This document shows positions 6,886 through 15,356 of a stretch of DNA of 32,000 nucleotides, piece by piece (position 1 is the first letter of the stretch; the number at the start of each line of letters is the position of its first letter). The stretch is from Wolbachia endosymbiont of Drosophila innubila. Its GTDB lineage: Bacteria; Pseudomonadota; Alphaproteobacteria; Rickettsiales; Anaplasmataceae. Made by a program: the position numbers and the translations under genes. Below the pieces are notes generated by a model. It was not told where the DNA came from. It ran no database searches and saw only the letters and a list, made by a program, of their open reading frames with translations. The stretch covers positions 660,001-692,000 of the forward strand of contig NZ_CP076228.1 of NCBI RefSeq assembly GCF_021378375.1, given 5' to 3'.

Positions 6886-8970
6886 ATGCCACAGGAAAAC
6901 GAAAATGTATTTATAGCTGAAAGTCAAAGTTTAGATGTAGATGAACAAAAGAAAAATGATACTTTAAATGTCATTGAATCTTGCAACGATCTTCAGGATT
7001 TTATCAAAAGACTGGAGGAAGAAAATTTAATCTGGTACTTTATTGGTCCTTTACGCAAAGATGAGAACATTACAGGACAGATAAATTTAAAGTGGGAAAA
7101 GGAGTTCCAAAAATTTGAGCAATCAATAGACGCAATGCATAAAGAACTTAAGTCGTCTCTGCCTGGTCAAAATTTCTTAGTGTATCCAACAAAGGATAAT
7201 GACTTCAAAATTAGATTTGAAAATGAAGAAAAACCAATAGAAATTAGCAATATTTTTAGGACCAGCAGTGAAGGTAAGGTTTATAACATATCTTCAGGGA
7301 AAGATAGTCAAATAACTGCAACCAAAAAAGGCAGCGAAAGGCACTATGATTTTACTAGTTCAAGCTCATGTGAAATGACCATTAATTGGCAGGCTAAGGA
7401 TTCTGAAGGTAACAGCATAGACTGTAGCATGACCGTAAAATTGGATTCTGGTGGTATACAGAGTGTTATTGGTGAGCCAAAATTTGGAGGAATAACGAGT
7501 TCAGAAGAAGTATTAAAGTTAGTTGGACAAAATAAAGAAGTTTTTATCAACGGAAAAACTCTGTATCAAGCTTTTACTGGCATATCCAAGAGTGTAGACG
7601 ATCAGCAAGTACCAGCAGAGGAAATATTTACAAAAGATCTACATATATCACCACAGTCACCTACATCAAGCAGCAGTGGGTATTCCTCTCCTAGCACACC
7701 TTCTTCACGTAGAAGTTCTATATCCACCAGCAGTGAATTTAGTGATGAAGATGAAATATTTGAGGATGATATGTCTGGTGATGAAGAAGAGTATGAGCAA
7801 GAAGGATTAAAAGATGAAGTTGAGGAATTAGAGGAAGAAAAAGAAACATTTGCTAAATATTTTGCAGTGCAGGCAAAGCAGCTTGAGGATCTAAGATTAG
7901 AACGTGACTCCTTGAGAGATAAAATCAATGAACAACAGCGAGCGATATTTGAAAGAGGTCAAAGAATAAAGGAACAAGAGGAAGAACTACAGGATAAAAA
8001 TGATGTAATAAAGAACTTAAATGATCAGTTGAAAGATAAGGAAGGTGAAACAAATGAGGCAAATAAAGAATTACAGAGAAAATTGAAGCAAAGTGAAGCT
8101 AATTTAACTGTACTAAAGGAAAAGAATGCAAATTTGGAGAATGACCTGAAGAAAATAGTGGAAGGTTTAAAGGATGATCATAAAAAGCAGTTGGCAGAAC
8201 AGTTAATGGAAACAAAAAAGGAAAACAATACATTGGCTGAAACGGCGAGCCAATTGTCTAAAGAATTAAATGAATTACAGAGAGAAAAGGAAGATTTAGA
8301 GAGGGAAATTCGACAACTTGAACCTGGAAGATCACTTGCAGATGAGCTAAGCGAAGAAAATACGAAGAGGGAAATAGAAAAACTTCAATATCAACTTAAG
8401 GAAAAGGAAGGGATGTTAACGTGTACACAGGAAGAGCTGGCATCTGTCAAAGAGAGTCTAGAGCAACTGCAGAACATATTACAGCAGGAAAAAGGTCAGG
8501 CAACTCAAACTGAAGTTGAATATGAAAGTAGAGGAACAAGCATGCAGCAGCAAGACCAAGGTATACAAGCTGTAAACAACAACTCAAGCAGAACAGCTAG
8601 TGGGTTAAGACAAGAAAACAAAAAATTGACTAGAGACAAACTAACTATATCTGAACAATTAAAACAAAAAATAAGAGAGATTGACGAGTTAAAGAAAAAT
8701 TTAAAGCAACTGCAAGAAGAAAATAAACAACTAAAACAAGAAGTTACCAAAAATGCAGGAGTTGATGCATCATCTTCAACAGGTCAAAAAGAAGCTAAAG
8801 AAGCAAAAGTTATACCGCAAAACATTATGGATTGGCCTGTTCCAATTCCAGATGATAAACCGGAAGAGCAGAAAACTCCATTAGAGCCAATCAAGGTAAA
8901 TACAGAATTATCAGATCCAAAATCAATCCCTGCTGAGGGTCCGGAAAAATCTCCTCCTCTTTCAAAATGA
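6886..8970 (+). CDS. Hypothetical large coiled-coil protein with Ser-rich/acidic linker and Pro-rich tail (candidate secreted effector)
   Basis: This long ORF starts at MPQENENVF (ATG 6886); the 6793 start would overlap the divergent mutase gene. It has an N-terminal globular part of about 250 aa, the tract SPQSPTSSSSGYSSPSTPSSRRSSISTSSEFSDEDEIFEDDMSGDEEEYEQE, about 300 aa of heptad-like K/E/L/Q sequence, and the C-terminal tail PVPIPDDKPEEQKTPLEP...PEKSPPLSK. No family was recognised. Confidence 0.7.
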   Translation: MPQENENVFIAESQSLDVDEQKKNDTLNVIESCNDLQDFIKRLEEENLIWYFIGPLRKDENITGQINLKWEKEFQKFEQSIDAMHKELKSSLPGQNFLVYPTKDNDFKIRFENEEKPIEISNIFRTSSEGKVYNISSGKDSQITATKKGSERHYDFTSSSSCEMTINWQAKDSEGNSIDCSMTVKLDSGGIQSVIGEPKFGGITSSEEVLKLVGQNKEVFINGKTLYQAFTGISKSVDDQQVPAEEIFTKDLHISPQSPTSSSSGYSSPSTPSSRRSSISTSSEFSDEDEIFEDDMSGDEEEYEQEGLKDEVEELEEEKETFAKYFAVQAKQLEDLRLERDSLRDKINEQQRAIFERGQRIKEQEEELQDKNDVIKNLNDQLKDKEGETNEANKELQRKLKQSEANLTVLKEKNANLENDLKKIVEGLKDDHKKQLAEQLMETKKENNTLAETASQLSKELNELQREKEDLEREIRQLEPGRSLADELSEENTKREIEKLQYQLKEKEGMLTCTQEELASVKESLEQLQNILQQEKGQATQTEVEYESRGTSMQQQDQGIQAVNNNSSRTASGLRQENKKLTRDKLTISEQLKQKIREIDELKKNLKQLQEENKQLKQEVTKNAGVDASSSTGQKEAKEAKVIPQNIMDWPVPIPDDKPEEQKTPLEPIKVNTELSDPKSIPAEGPEKSPPLSK

Positions 8971-8983
8971 TGAGTTTTGCTTC

Positions 8984-9210
8984 TATAGCTGACCCAAGCA
9001 ACACGTCATCCCGCGATTTATTCGCGTTATCTCAGCCGCTAACACGTAGCGGGATACTTAACCGTCATACCGTGATTTATTCACAGTATCTCTTAGCCAC
9101 TAACAAGCAGCGGGATGACAGCAATCCTACGTCATGCCGCCGCGGTACCTCTAGATCCCGCTAACTAGTAGCAGAATGACGAATTTTTGTTTTTCAAATT
9201 ATAGCTAAAC
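8984..9210. repeat. Cluster of short palindromic repeat units (Wolbachia/Rickettsia palindromic-element type), cluster R1
   Basis: There are three consecutive units of the form cgtcat(c/a)ccgc...gcgg(g/a)atgac(g/a), bounded by atagctgacccaag (8984-) and caaattatagctaaac (-9210). The same unit architecture recurs at 20519-20646 and 24568-24755. Confidence 0.8.
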
Positions 9211-10563
9211 ATACTGTAATTGCTATTGAATGATGGAGAGACATACTCCATTATTTTAGCACGAAGTAACAAATTCAATGAATTGGTTCTTCAAAAATAA
9301 TTTAAACTTTTACAGTAGGTCATGAAATATTATAGCGATCTCATTAAAAGAAACTTTTATAAGTATCGTTGATGAGAAAGGAAAAGTTGTTAAGGAAGAA
9401 GTTGTTGCAAGCGAAAGTAAGGCAATAGCAAATTAGCCAAGGCAAAAAATACGAACCCATAGGAATAGAAAGTGGATAGTTGTCAATATCAATGTGCAAA
9501 GAGTTAAGGAGTTTTGGATTACCAGTAATTTGTGTAGATGCAAGGCATATGGCAGCAGCGTTGTCTGCAAGAATCAATAAGAATGATAAAAACGATGCGA
9601 GGGGTATAGCGCAGATGATGAGAAGTGTTAGTAAAATCAGTTGTCAAATTAAAATAGCGCTTGGAAGCAGAAGACAGCTAATGTGTAGCAAACAGCAGGT
9701 TATTGGAACAATAAGAGGGTTGTTGAAGATACATGGTCGGTAAAGGATCAAAATTTGAAACTTTCGCTTTAAGAATACAAGAGGCAATAAATAATTTGGA
9801 TGAAATCAGTAGGAGTTCAATTGAAGCGTTAGTTTGTAGTTTAGAAGCAATAGAAAAGTCATTAAGAAAGCTTGACAAAATGCTTTCAGAACAAGGTGAA
9901 AAAGACGATGATTGTAAATTGTTAACTACTGTTCCAGGAGTGGGGATTATAGTAGCAATGACGTATAAAGCTGCAATTGATAACCCACATAGGTTTGAGA
10001 AATCTGATACAGTTGGAGCATATATAGGGTTGACACCAAGGCAATATTCTTCTGGAGAAGTTGATCGGCATGGCAGCATATCAAAGATGGGACCAGCGGA
10101 ATGTAGAAGTATGTTATATGAAGCTGCACAAACAATGCTTACAGTTACCAAGAGGACATTTAAATTAAAAAACTGGAGTTGCGAAGAAAAAAGGAATGAA
10201 AAAAGCAATTGTAGCAGTAGCAAGAAAATTAGCTGTAATTATGCATAGGATGTTGGTTGATAAAACAGAATTTTATTATCAATAAACATCAAAAGAGCAT
10301 AGGACAATAATTTTATTGAAAATAAAGATAGCAATGCCGATGGAAGGGACAAGCAAGAACTTAGTTAGACTTCGTGGTAAACATGTTACCGTCCACTTCC
10401 GCCTAACAAGTATAATGCGGCTTGACAAGTTTATTGTCATCTCAGACCGCGGAGAGAACCATATGCTACTTTTCACTTATGTAAAATTACCAAGGATTAT
10501 GGAGAAGATATGCTGTTTTGATTTGTGTGAAAATTATTGTTGACTTATGTGCAATTAGAGAAC
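9211..10563 (+). mobile_element. IS110-family (IS1111-like) insertion sequence, copy 2, 1353 bp, inserted inside a palindromic repeat unit
   Basis: The flanks ...caaattatagctaaac| and |ctaagtcactttagctata rejoin to match the uninterrupted paralog caaattgtaggtaaac|ctaagccactttagctata at 20611-20645. Subterminal 7-bp inverted repeats TAATTGC (9217-9223) and GCAATTA (10551-10557) each sit 6 nt from an end. Confidence 0.75.
9322..10283 (+). pseudogene. IS110-family transposase, multiply frameshifted
   Basis: The fragments run in this order:
- MK(I)IAISLKETFISIVDEKGKVVKEEVVASESKAIAN*
- ...LSISMCKELRSFGLPVICVDARHMAAALSARINKNDKNDARGIAQMMR (9480..9743)
- ...LLTTVPGVGIIVAMTYKAAIDNPHRFEKSDTVGAYIGLTPRQYSSGEVDRHGSISKMG (9733..10248)
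- the C-terminus GMKKAIVAVARKLAVIMHRMLVDKTEFYYQ*, in a third frame, ending at 10283. Confidence 0.8.
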
Positions 10564-10600
10564 CTAAGTCACTTTAGCTATAATTCAGAATTGAGAGCTT

Positions 10601-11608
10601 TTAATAACTCTCTAACTCCCACTTAGGTCTTGGTGCAAAATTAAGTGGATCTATATAATTTTTCTGTAACCTTTCAATTCCTGTCCATCCAACCATAATT
10701 GCATTGTCTGTACATAGGTCGTTAGGGGGAAAAAATATGTTTAAGTTTATGTGTTGTTTTAATTTTTCTCTCAAGAAATTATTTGCTGCAACTCCGCCGG
10801 TAATCACAAAGTCATTGATTTTGATATTTAAAGATTCGGCCATAATAATTGCATTACTAACCCTGTCCAGCAGTATGTCACTAATACACTCTTGAAACGA
10901 AGCACATACATCACACACATCTTGCTCGCTCATTTTAAGTTCTTGTACTAAGTTTTTTACTGCTGTTTTAATCCCAGAAAACGAAAAGTTACATCCAGAA
11001 CGTTTTATCATTGCCCTTGGCAGTTTGAATCTTGTGCCATTGCCTTTTTTAGCCAACTTTTCAATTAATGGGCCTCCTGGGTAGCTTAAACCCAGCATCT
11101 TAGCAACTTTATCAAATGCTTCTCCTAGTGAATCATCGAGCGTTTCTCCAAGTTTAATGTATTTACCTACATCCTGTGCAATTAAAAATTGACAGTGACC
11201 ACCTGATATTAGTAGGACTAAAAATGGAAATTTTACCTCATGCAGTAACCTAATAACCAATGCATGCGCTTCTAAGTGATTCACTGCAATGAATGGTTTT
11301 TGTGCTACATGCGCAATTGCTTTAGCCATCATTGTACCAACTATTAATCCACCTATGAGTCCTGGTCCTGATGTTGCTGCAATTGCATTGAGGTCACAAA
11401 AGTTAAGGTTAGATTTTTCCACGGCGCTTTTTATTAGACCACTTAAATGCTCCATATGAGCACGTGAAGCTATTTCAGGGATCACCCCACCACGTTTTTT
11501 GTGTTCTGCTTGGGAGAGAATTTCGTGAGCAAGGACTTGCTTGTCACTATTTACAATCGCTACTGCAGTTTCGTCGCAGCTTGTTTCAACAGCTAAAATG
11601 GTTTTCAT
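10601..11608 (-). CDS. tsaD: tRNA N6-adenosine threonylcarbamoyltransferase TsaD (Gcp/Kae1 family)
   Basis: It has the MKTILAVETSCDETAVAIV N-terminus, the HMEHL/HLEAH metal-binding histidines and a length of 335 aa. Confidence 0.92.
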   Translation of the reverse strand: MKTILAVETSCDETAVAIVNSDKQVLAHEILSQAEHKKRGGVIPEIASRAHMEHLSGLIKSAVEKSNLNFCDLNAIAATSGPGLIGGLIVGTMMAKAIAHVAQKPFIAVNHLEAHALVIRLLHEVKFPFLVLLISGGHCQFLIAQDVGKYIKLGETLDDSLGEAFDKVAKMLGLSYPGGPLIEKLAKKGNGTRFKLPRAMIKRSGCNFSFSGIKTAVKNLVQELKMSEQDVCDVCASFQECISDILLDRVSNAIIMAESLNIKINDFVITGGVAANNFLREKLKQHINLNIFFPPNDLCTDNAIMVGWTGIERLQKNYIDPLNFAPRPKWELESY

Positions 11609-11653
11609 GTATATTTAGTTACTGTATTACCAAAACTATACTTTGAAACGCTG

Positions 11654-11681
11654 TAGAAGTTAACTGCAAAGTTAACTTCTA
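11654..11681. other. Perfect 12-bp stem / 4-nt loop hairpin
   Basis: The sequence is tagaagttaact-gcaa-agttaacttcta. No adjacent U/T tract is present on either strand, so it is not called a terminator. Confidence 0.6.
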
Positions 11682-12030
11682 TAGCTAAAAGATTTACCGA
11701 CAACCGTCATTCCGCTACGTGTTAGCTGATGAGATACCGCGCACAACTGTACGAACATTCATTCTTAAAGGTAAACTGCACAGCAAATGGTGTCATTCCA
11801 GTGCTTGACACTGGAATCCAGCCTTGCCGTAATCTCATCAAGAACGTTGTGTTTTAACATAAGATCAGCCACTTTTATGCTCACCAACTTAGTGCCCAAT
11901 CCAAATTCCTGGATTCCAGTGTCAAGCACTGGAATGACACCATCTACTACTCAAATTACCTGCAAATTGCAATGTTCGTACACCAAAAGAATGAATTGCG
12001 GTATGACGGTTCGCGGCGGCATGACGTAGG
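11682..12030. repeat. Composite palindromic (MITE-like) element, cluster R2, about 350 bp with long inverted arms
   Basis: The left arm is accgtcattccgc...ctgtacgaacattcattcttaaaggtaaactgcacagcaaatggtgtcattccagtgcttgacactggaatccag. The right arm is its imperfect reverse complement, ctggattccagtgtcaagcactggaatgacacc...tgttcgtaca...gcggtatgacggt. The centre is about 85 nt. Confidence 0.8.
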
Positions 12031-12047
12031 AAAACCTGCACTATAAG

Positions 12048-12785
12048 CTAATCATCATCTCCAAATATAGAGCTAATTTTTTTGCCCCCAGGAGAAAATT
12101 TATTAGTCCAACTGCTTTGCACTTTGGTTACGTCTTTAGTGGCAGTTTTATTGCTGTATTCCTTGATTTCCTTATCTATTCTCTCCATCATTTGTGAATC
12201 AAGGTAGCTCTTTTTCCATTGGCCAGTAGCAAGGAACACTTTGTTTAAGTCTTGAGTGCGGATTAAGTATTCTTTATCTTTAGGGTAAACCTCCTGCGCC
12301 CAAGCAAATAGCTCAAAATAGCGTGCAAATAATTCAGATGCACGTGATTTTGCAGTTTGATAAGCCTGTATCTCCTTAAATATAACTTGGCCGATAATTT
12401 TCTGCACAAGAATATTTGCTTGCTTTAGGTTCTGCTCAATATCCTGGTAAACTTTATGGAGAAATTCCTGTTCCAAACTTAAGTTCAGTTCATTTTCAAC
12501 CATGTGTGAAAGTTCATGCACTATAATGTATGGGTTTGACTTCCTCAGTACAATAACATATCTATTTACACTGGAAGACCTGATTGTCTTACACACTCCC
12601 TCTTCCATATCCACTAATCCCTCTTGGTATATTTCAAATGAGAGCCTGTTTTGCTTTATTAGTGATAAAGTGAGGTTTAATGTGTTTCTAAACTTCTCAA
12701 ATTGATAGAGATATTCGACATACCGTATTGCATTTTCACTGCTTCCTACTTGAGTTGCTTGTTTTATTAAATTCCTGATTAGCAT
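12048..12785 (-). CDS. Hypothetical protein with HExxH (HELSH) putative zinc-metallopeptidase motif
   Basis: This 245-aa ORF has no signal peptide or TM segment visible. It contains ...NPYIIVHELSHMVENE... and an acidic C-terminus ...SSIFGDDD. No family was recognised beyond the motif. Confidence 0.6.
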   Translation of the reverse strand: MLIRNLIKQATQVGSSENAIRYVEYLYQFEKFRNTLNLTLSLIKQNRLSFEIYQEGLVDMEEGVCKTIRSSSVNRYVIVLRKSNPYIIVHELSHMVENELNLSLEQEFLHKVYQDIEQNLKQANILVQKIIGQVIFKEIQAYQTAKSRASELFARYFELFAWAQEVYPKDKEYLIRTQDLNKVFLATGQWKKSYLDSQMMERIDKEIKEYSNKTATKDVTKVQSSWTNKFSPGGKKISSIFGDDD

Positions 12786-12861
12786 ACCTTATTATTAAAG
12801 GAATTCTTTTTATACTCAAGAATTGATTGGCTACAAAGTGTTTTTAGGAAGCCTGATTGCA

Positions 12862-13255
12862 TAGCTAAAGTAATTCATGTTTACTGATAACCGTCATACC
12901 GCTGCTTGTCAGCGGGATCTATGGTGAGATACCGCGAATGAATCCATAGCTGTACGAACATTCATTTTTGAAGGTAAATTGCACAGCAAATGGTGTCATT
13001 CCAGTGCTCTTTTTTTGTCATCCCAGTCTGGGATCTATTTTGCATGTAACTCCAATTGTGTTTTGGCATAAAACGCGACACTTATTAGACTTATTTGCAA
13101 GCAAAGTTTGCTAGATCCAAGTAGTCAGGACACTGGAATGACACCATAGGGGCACTGCCGTCATAAAGGAACCAGTGTCAGCTACTTGGATGACAGCTAG
13201 CCTAACAACCGTCATCCCGCTGCTTGTTAGCGGGATCTAGAGATACCGCGGGGTT
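12862..13255. repeat. Composite palindromic element, cluster R3 (degenerate relative of R2, same orientation)
   Basis: It shares a 59-nt core with R2 (12950-13008 versus 11747-11805, 3 mismatches). It also has ggtgtcattccagtg / cactggaatgacacc arms, a gtcagctacttggatgacagc unit and cgtcatcccgc...gcgggat units. Confidence 0.75.
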
Positions 13256-13313
13256 GTAAAGTAATTTTTTACATCTAATGCTCGGCCAGTGCCTGCATGA
13301 TACCACGTATTAT

Positions 13314-14450
13314 CTATACCAAGGTGTTCTGCTTGTAGATATTATACCAACAATCCACTATTTTTTTTATGTCTTGTGGTTTAGTTTCTGGACCTATACT
13401 GATTCTAATTGAACACTCTGCTTGCTCTTTTGTTGCCCCCATTGCAAGCAAAACATGGGAAGGCTCAACTTTTCCAGAAGAACATGCGGAGCCATTACTA
13501 ACTGCAATATGATTCAAGTCAAAATGCATAAGCTGCACATCACTCTTTACTCCTGGCATATAAATAAAACTTGTGTTTGGCAGCCTCTTAGAGTTTTTAC
13601 CGAAGATTCTTATGTCACTGGCAAGATTTAATAATTCACACTCTAATTGATCACGTAGCTCCTTTACTTCATCCATTTTTGATAGAAGGTCTGGAATATT
13701 TTGCAGTGCAGCAGAAAGGCCTGCAATCGCAACAATATTTTCCGTACCACCACGAAATCCCTTCTCTTGTCCACCACCTATTATAATAGGTTCTATCGCA
13801 AGTTCTTTATTGAATATTAAAACTCCACTGCCTGCTACACCGCCAAATTTATGGGCGGATAAAGTGAGTAAATCCACTCCTAAATCTTCCATATTAACTT
13901 TAATTTTCCCAACACTTTGAGCAGTGTCAGTGTGGCAAATTGCTCCAAATTTGTGGGCTATTTCAGCTATTTCCTCAATAGGTTGAATAACTCCGGTTTC
14001 GTTATTTGCCATCATAACTGAAACTATTGCTTTGTTTCCTTTAAGTTCGCTTAGAATTTTTTCTAGCTCTAAAAAGTCAACAATGCCCTCCTGATTAACA
14101 GGTATTATATATGGATTACATGCAGAATTAAGAATTGAAGGATGCTCTATAGCTGAAATTATATGCAGGTAGCCTGCTATTCCTCTCATAACAAGGTTAT
14201 TCGCTTCAGTTGCACCAGACGTAAAAACTATTTCTTTATCACTTGAGACGCCAATAGCACCACGTACGTTATCTCTTGCATCCTGAAGAATCTTCCTCGC
14301 TTCTTGTCCTCTTTTATGTAGTGATGATGGATTGAGCGTTTGTTTTAACAAGACCTCAAATATACTTTTTTTTACATTTTCACTAATTGGAGCAGTTGCA
14401 TTGTAATCAGCATATACGCAACCACTATTTTCTAAAGAGAATGGACTCAT
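13314..14450 (-). CDS. Cysteine desulfurase, NifS/IscS-like class V aminotransferase
   Basis: It has the SAHKFGG PLP-lysine motif, GGGQEKGFRGGTEN and the catalytic loop SNGSACSSG. Length is 378 aa. Confidence 0.88.
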   Translation of the reverse strand: MSPFSLENSGCVYADYNATAPISENVKKSIFEVLLKQTLNPSSLHKRGQEARKILQDARDNVRGAIGVSSDKEIVFTSGATEANNLVMRGIAGYLHIISAIEHPSILNSACNPYIIPVNQEGIVDFLELEKILSELKGNKAIVSVMMANNETGVIQPIEEIAEIAHKFGAICHTDTAQSVGKIKVNMEDLGVDLLTLSAHKFGGVAGSGVLIFNKELAIEPIIIGGGQEKGFRGGTENIVAIAGLSAALQNIPDLLSKMDEVKELRDQLECELLNLASDIRIFGKNSKRLPNTSFIYMPGVKSDVQLMHFDLNHIAVSNGSACSSGKVEPSHVLLAMGATKEQAECSIRISIGPETKPQDIKKIVDCWYNIYKQNTLV

Positions 14451-14605
14451 CTGTCACTTAAATAAGTTTACCATCAACTATAGCCATAACTATGTACGTT
14501 AGCTTTAACACGATAAAAAATTTATTGCAAAAACAGCGAAATTAATACATAATTAATAACTCACGTCATTAATACCTGTCAAGCGGGTTCTTATTAGGGG
14601 TTACC

Positions 14606-15304
14606 ATGGTTGAAGTTTTTTTGAATAATGCAACAAGAAAGATAGAAGGTGAATACCACCAAAGCAAAGATGCCAACGCGCCGGTTGTGCTGGTTTTACA
14701 TCATCATCCTCAATATGGTGGTAATATGGATAGTAAAATTGTACATAGTACATATACGTCTTTTATCGATAACAATTTTTCTGCATTGAAAATTAACTTT
14801 CGTGGTGTGGGAAAATCTACCGGAACTTTTGATAAGGGTATAGGAGAATTAACTGACGCTGCGGTAGCCATTGATTGGCTTCAGGAACATAATCCTAGCA
14901 ATGTTCCAATTTGGATCGCTGGTTTTTCTTTTGGAGCATGGGTGGCTATGCAGCTAACAATGCGCCGCCCTGAGATAGTGGGTTTTATTGCTCTTTCTCT
15001 TCCGGTAACTAAGTACGATTTTTCTTTTCTTTCTCCCTGTCCAGTTTCTGGGCTTATAATACAAAGCAGTAATGATACAATCTCAGAAGAAAGCGATGTA
15101 ACAGAATTAGCAAAAAGGTTGATAAATTCAGTAAGAAGTGATCACATGAAATACTATATAATAGATGATACTAATCACTTTCTAAAGGATAAAGAAGAGG
15201 AAGTGACTCAAATCGTGGACAATTATATAAAACTGCGCTTGAATAGTGCAACTATTTCTTTTCAAAAGGTCAAAAAAGAGGTAAGGGTAAAAGAATATGC
15301 CTAA
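14606..15304 (+). CDS. Alpha/beta hydrolase (COG2945-type)
   Basis: It has the GFSFGAWVA nucleophile elbow (GxSxG) and an N-terminal ...APVVLVLHHHPQYGGNMDSKIV. Length is 232 aa. Confidence 0.8.
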   Translation: MVEVFLNNATRKIEGEYHQSKDANAPVVLVLHHHPQYGGNMDSKIVHSTYTSFIDNNFSALKINFRGVGKSTGTFDKGIGELTDAAVAIDWLQEHNPSNVPIWIAGFSFGAWVAMQLTMRRPEIVGFIALSLPVTKYDFSFLSPCPVSGLIIQSSNDTISEESDVTELAKRLINSVRSDHMKYYIIDDTNHFLKDKEEEVTQIVDNYIKLRLNSATISFQKVKKEVRVKEYA

Positions 15305-15356
15305 TCTTTACAAACAAGAGAAATGAGTGTAGTAATATAAATGAAAAGGTTTTGTT

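Noticed and set aside
7602-7928. 108-aa Ser-rich minus-strand ORF (and 8505..8750, 7344..7550) inside the coiled-coil gene
   Set aside because: These are antisense shadows of a purine-rich, stop-poor coding region. The plus-strand 2-kb ORF explains the open frames.
8967-9164. 65-aa ORF across the repeat cluster R1
   Set aside because: It is encoded entirely by palindromic repeat units. Equivalent frames appear wherever the repeat occurs, so there is no independent coding evidence.
8984-9210. Possible CRISPR array (also considered for 24568-24755 and 27146-27350)
   Set aside because: The units are internally palindromic, variable in sequence and length, irregularly spaced and dispersed around the window. 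There are no unique spacers between identical direct repeats and no cas genes.
9678-10223. 181-aa minus-strand ORF
   Set aside because: It is antisense to recognisable IS110-family transposase sequence, and its composition is low-complexity.
10284-10476. 65-aa minus-strand and 75-aa plus-strand ORFs downstream of the IS110 copy 2 transposase
   Set aside because: They are short, overlapping and without motifs, and they lie in the element's non-coding tail. The region is better treated as a candidate RNA or terminal region.
11787-12029. 80-aa ORF (MVSFQCLTLESS...) inside composite element R2
   Set aside because: It is a by-product of the repeat's inverted arms. The same peptide motifs arise from other copies.
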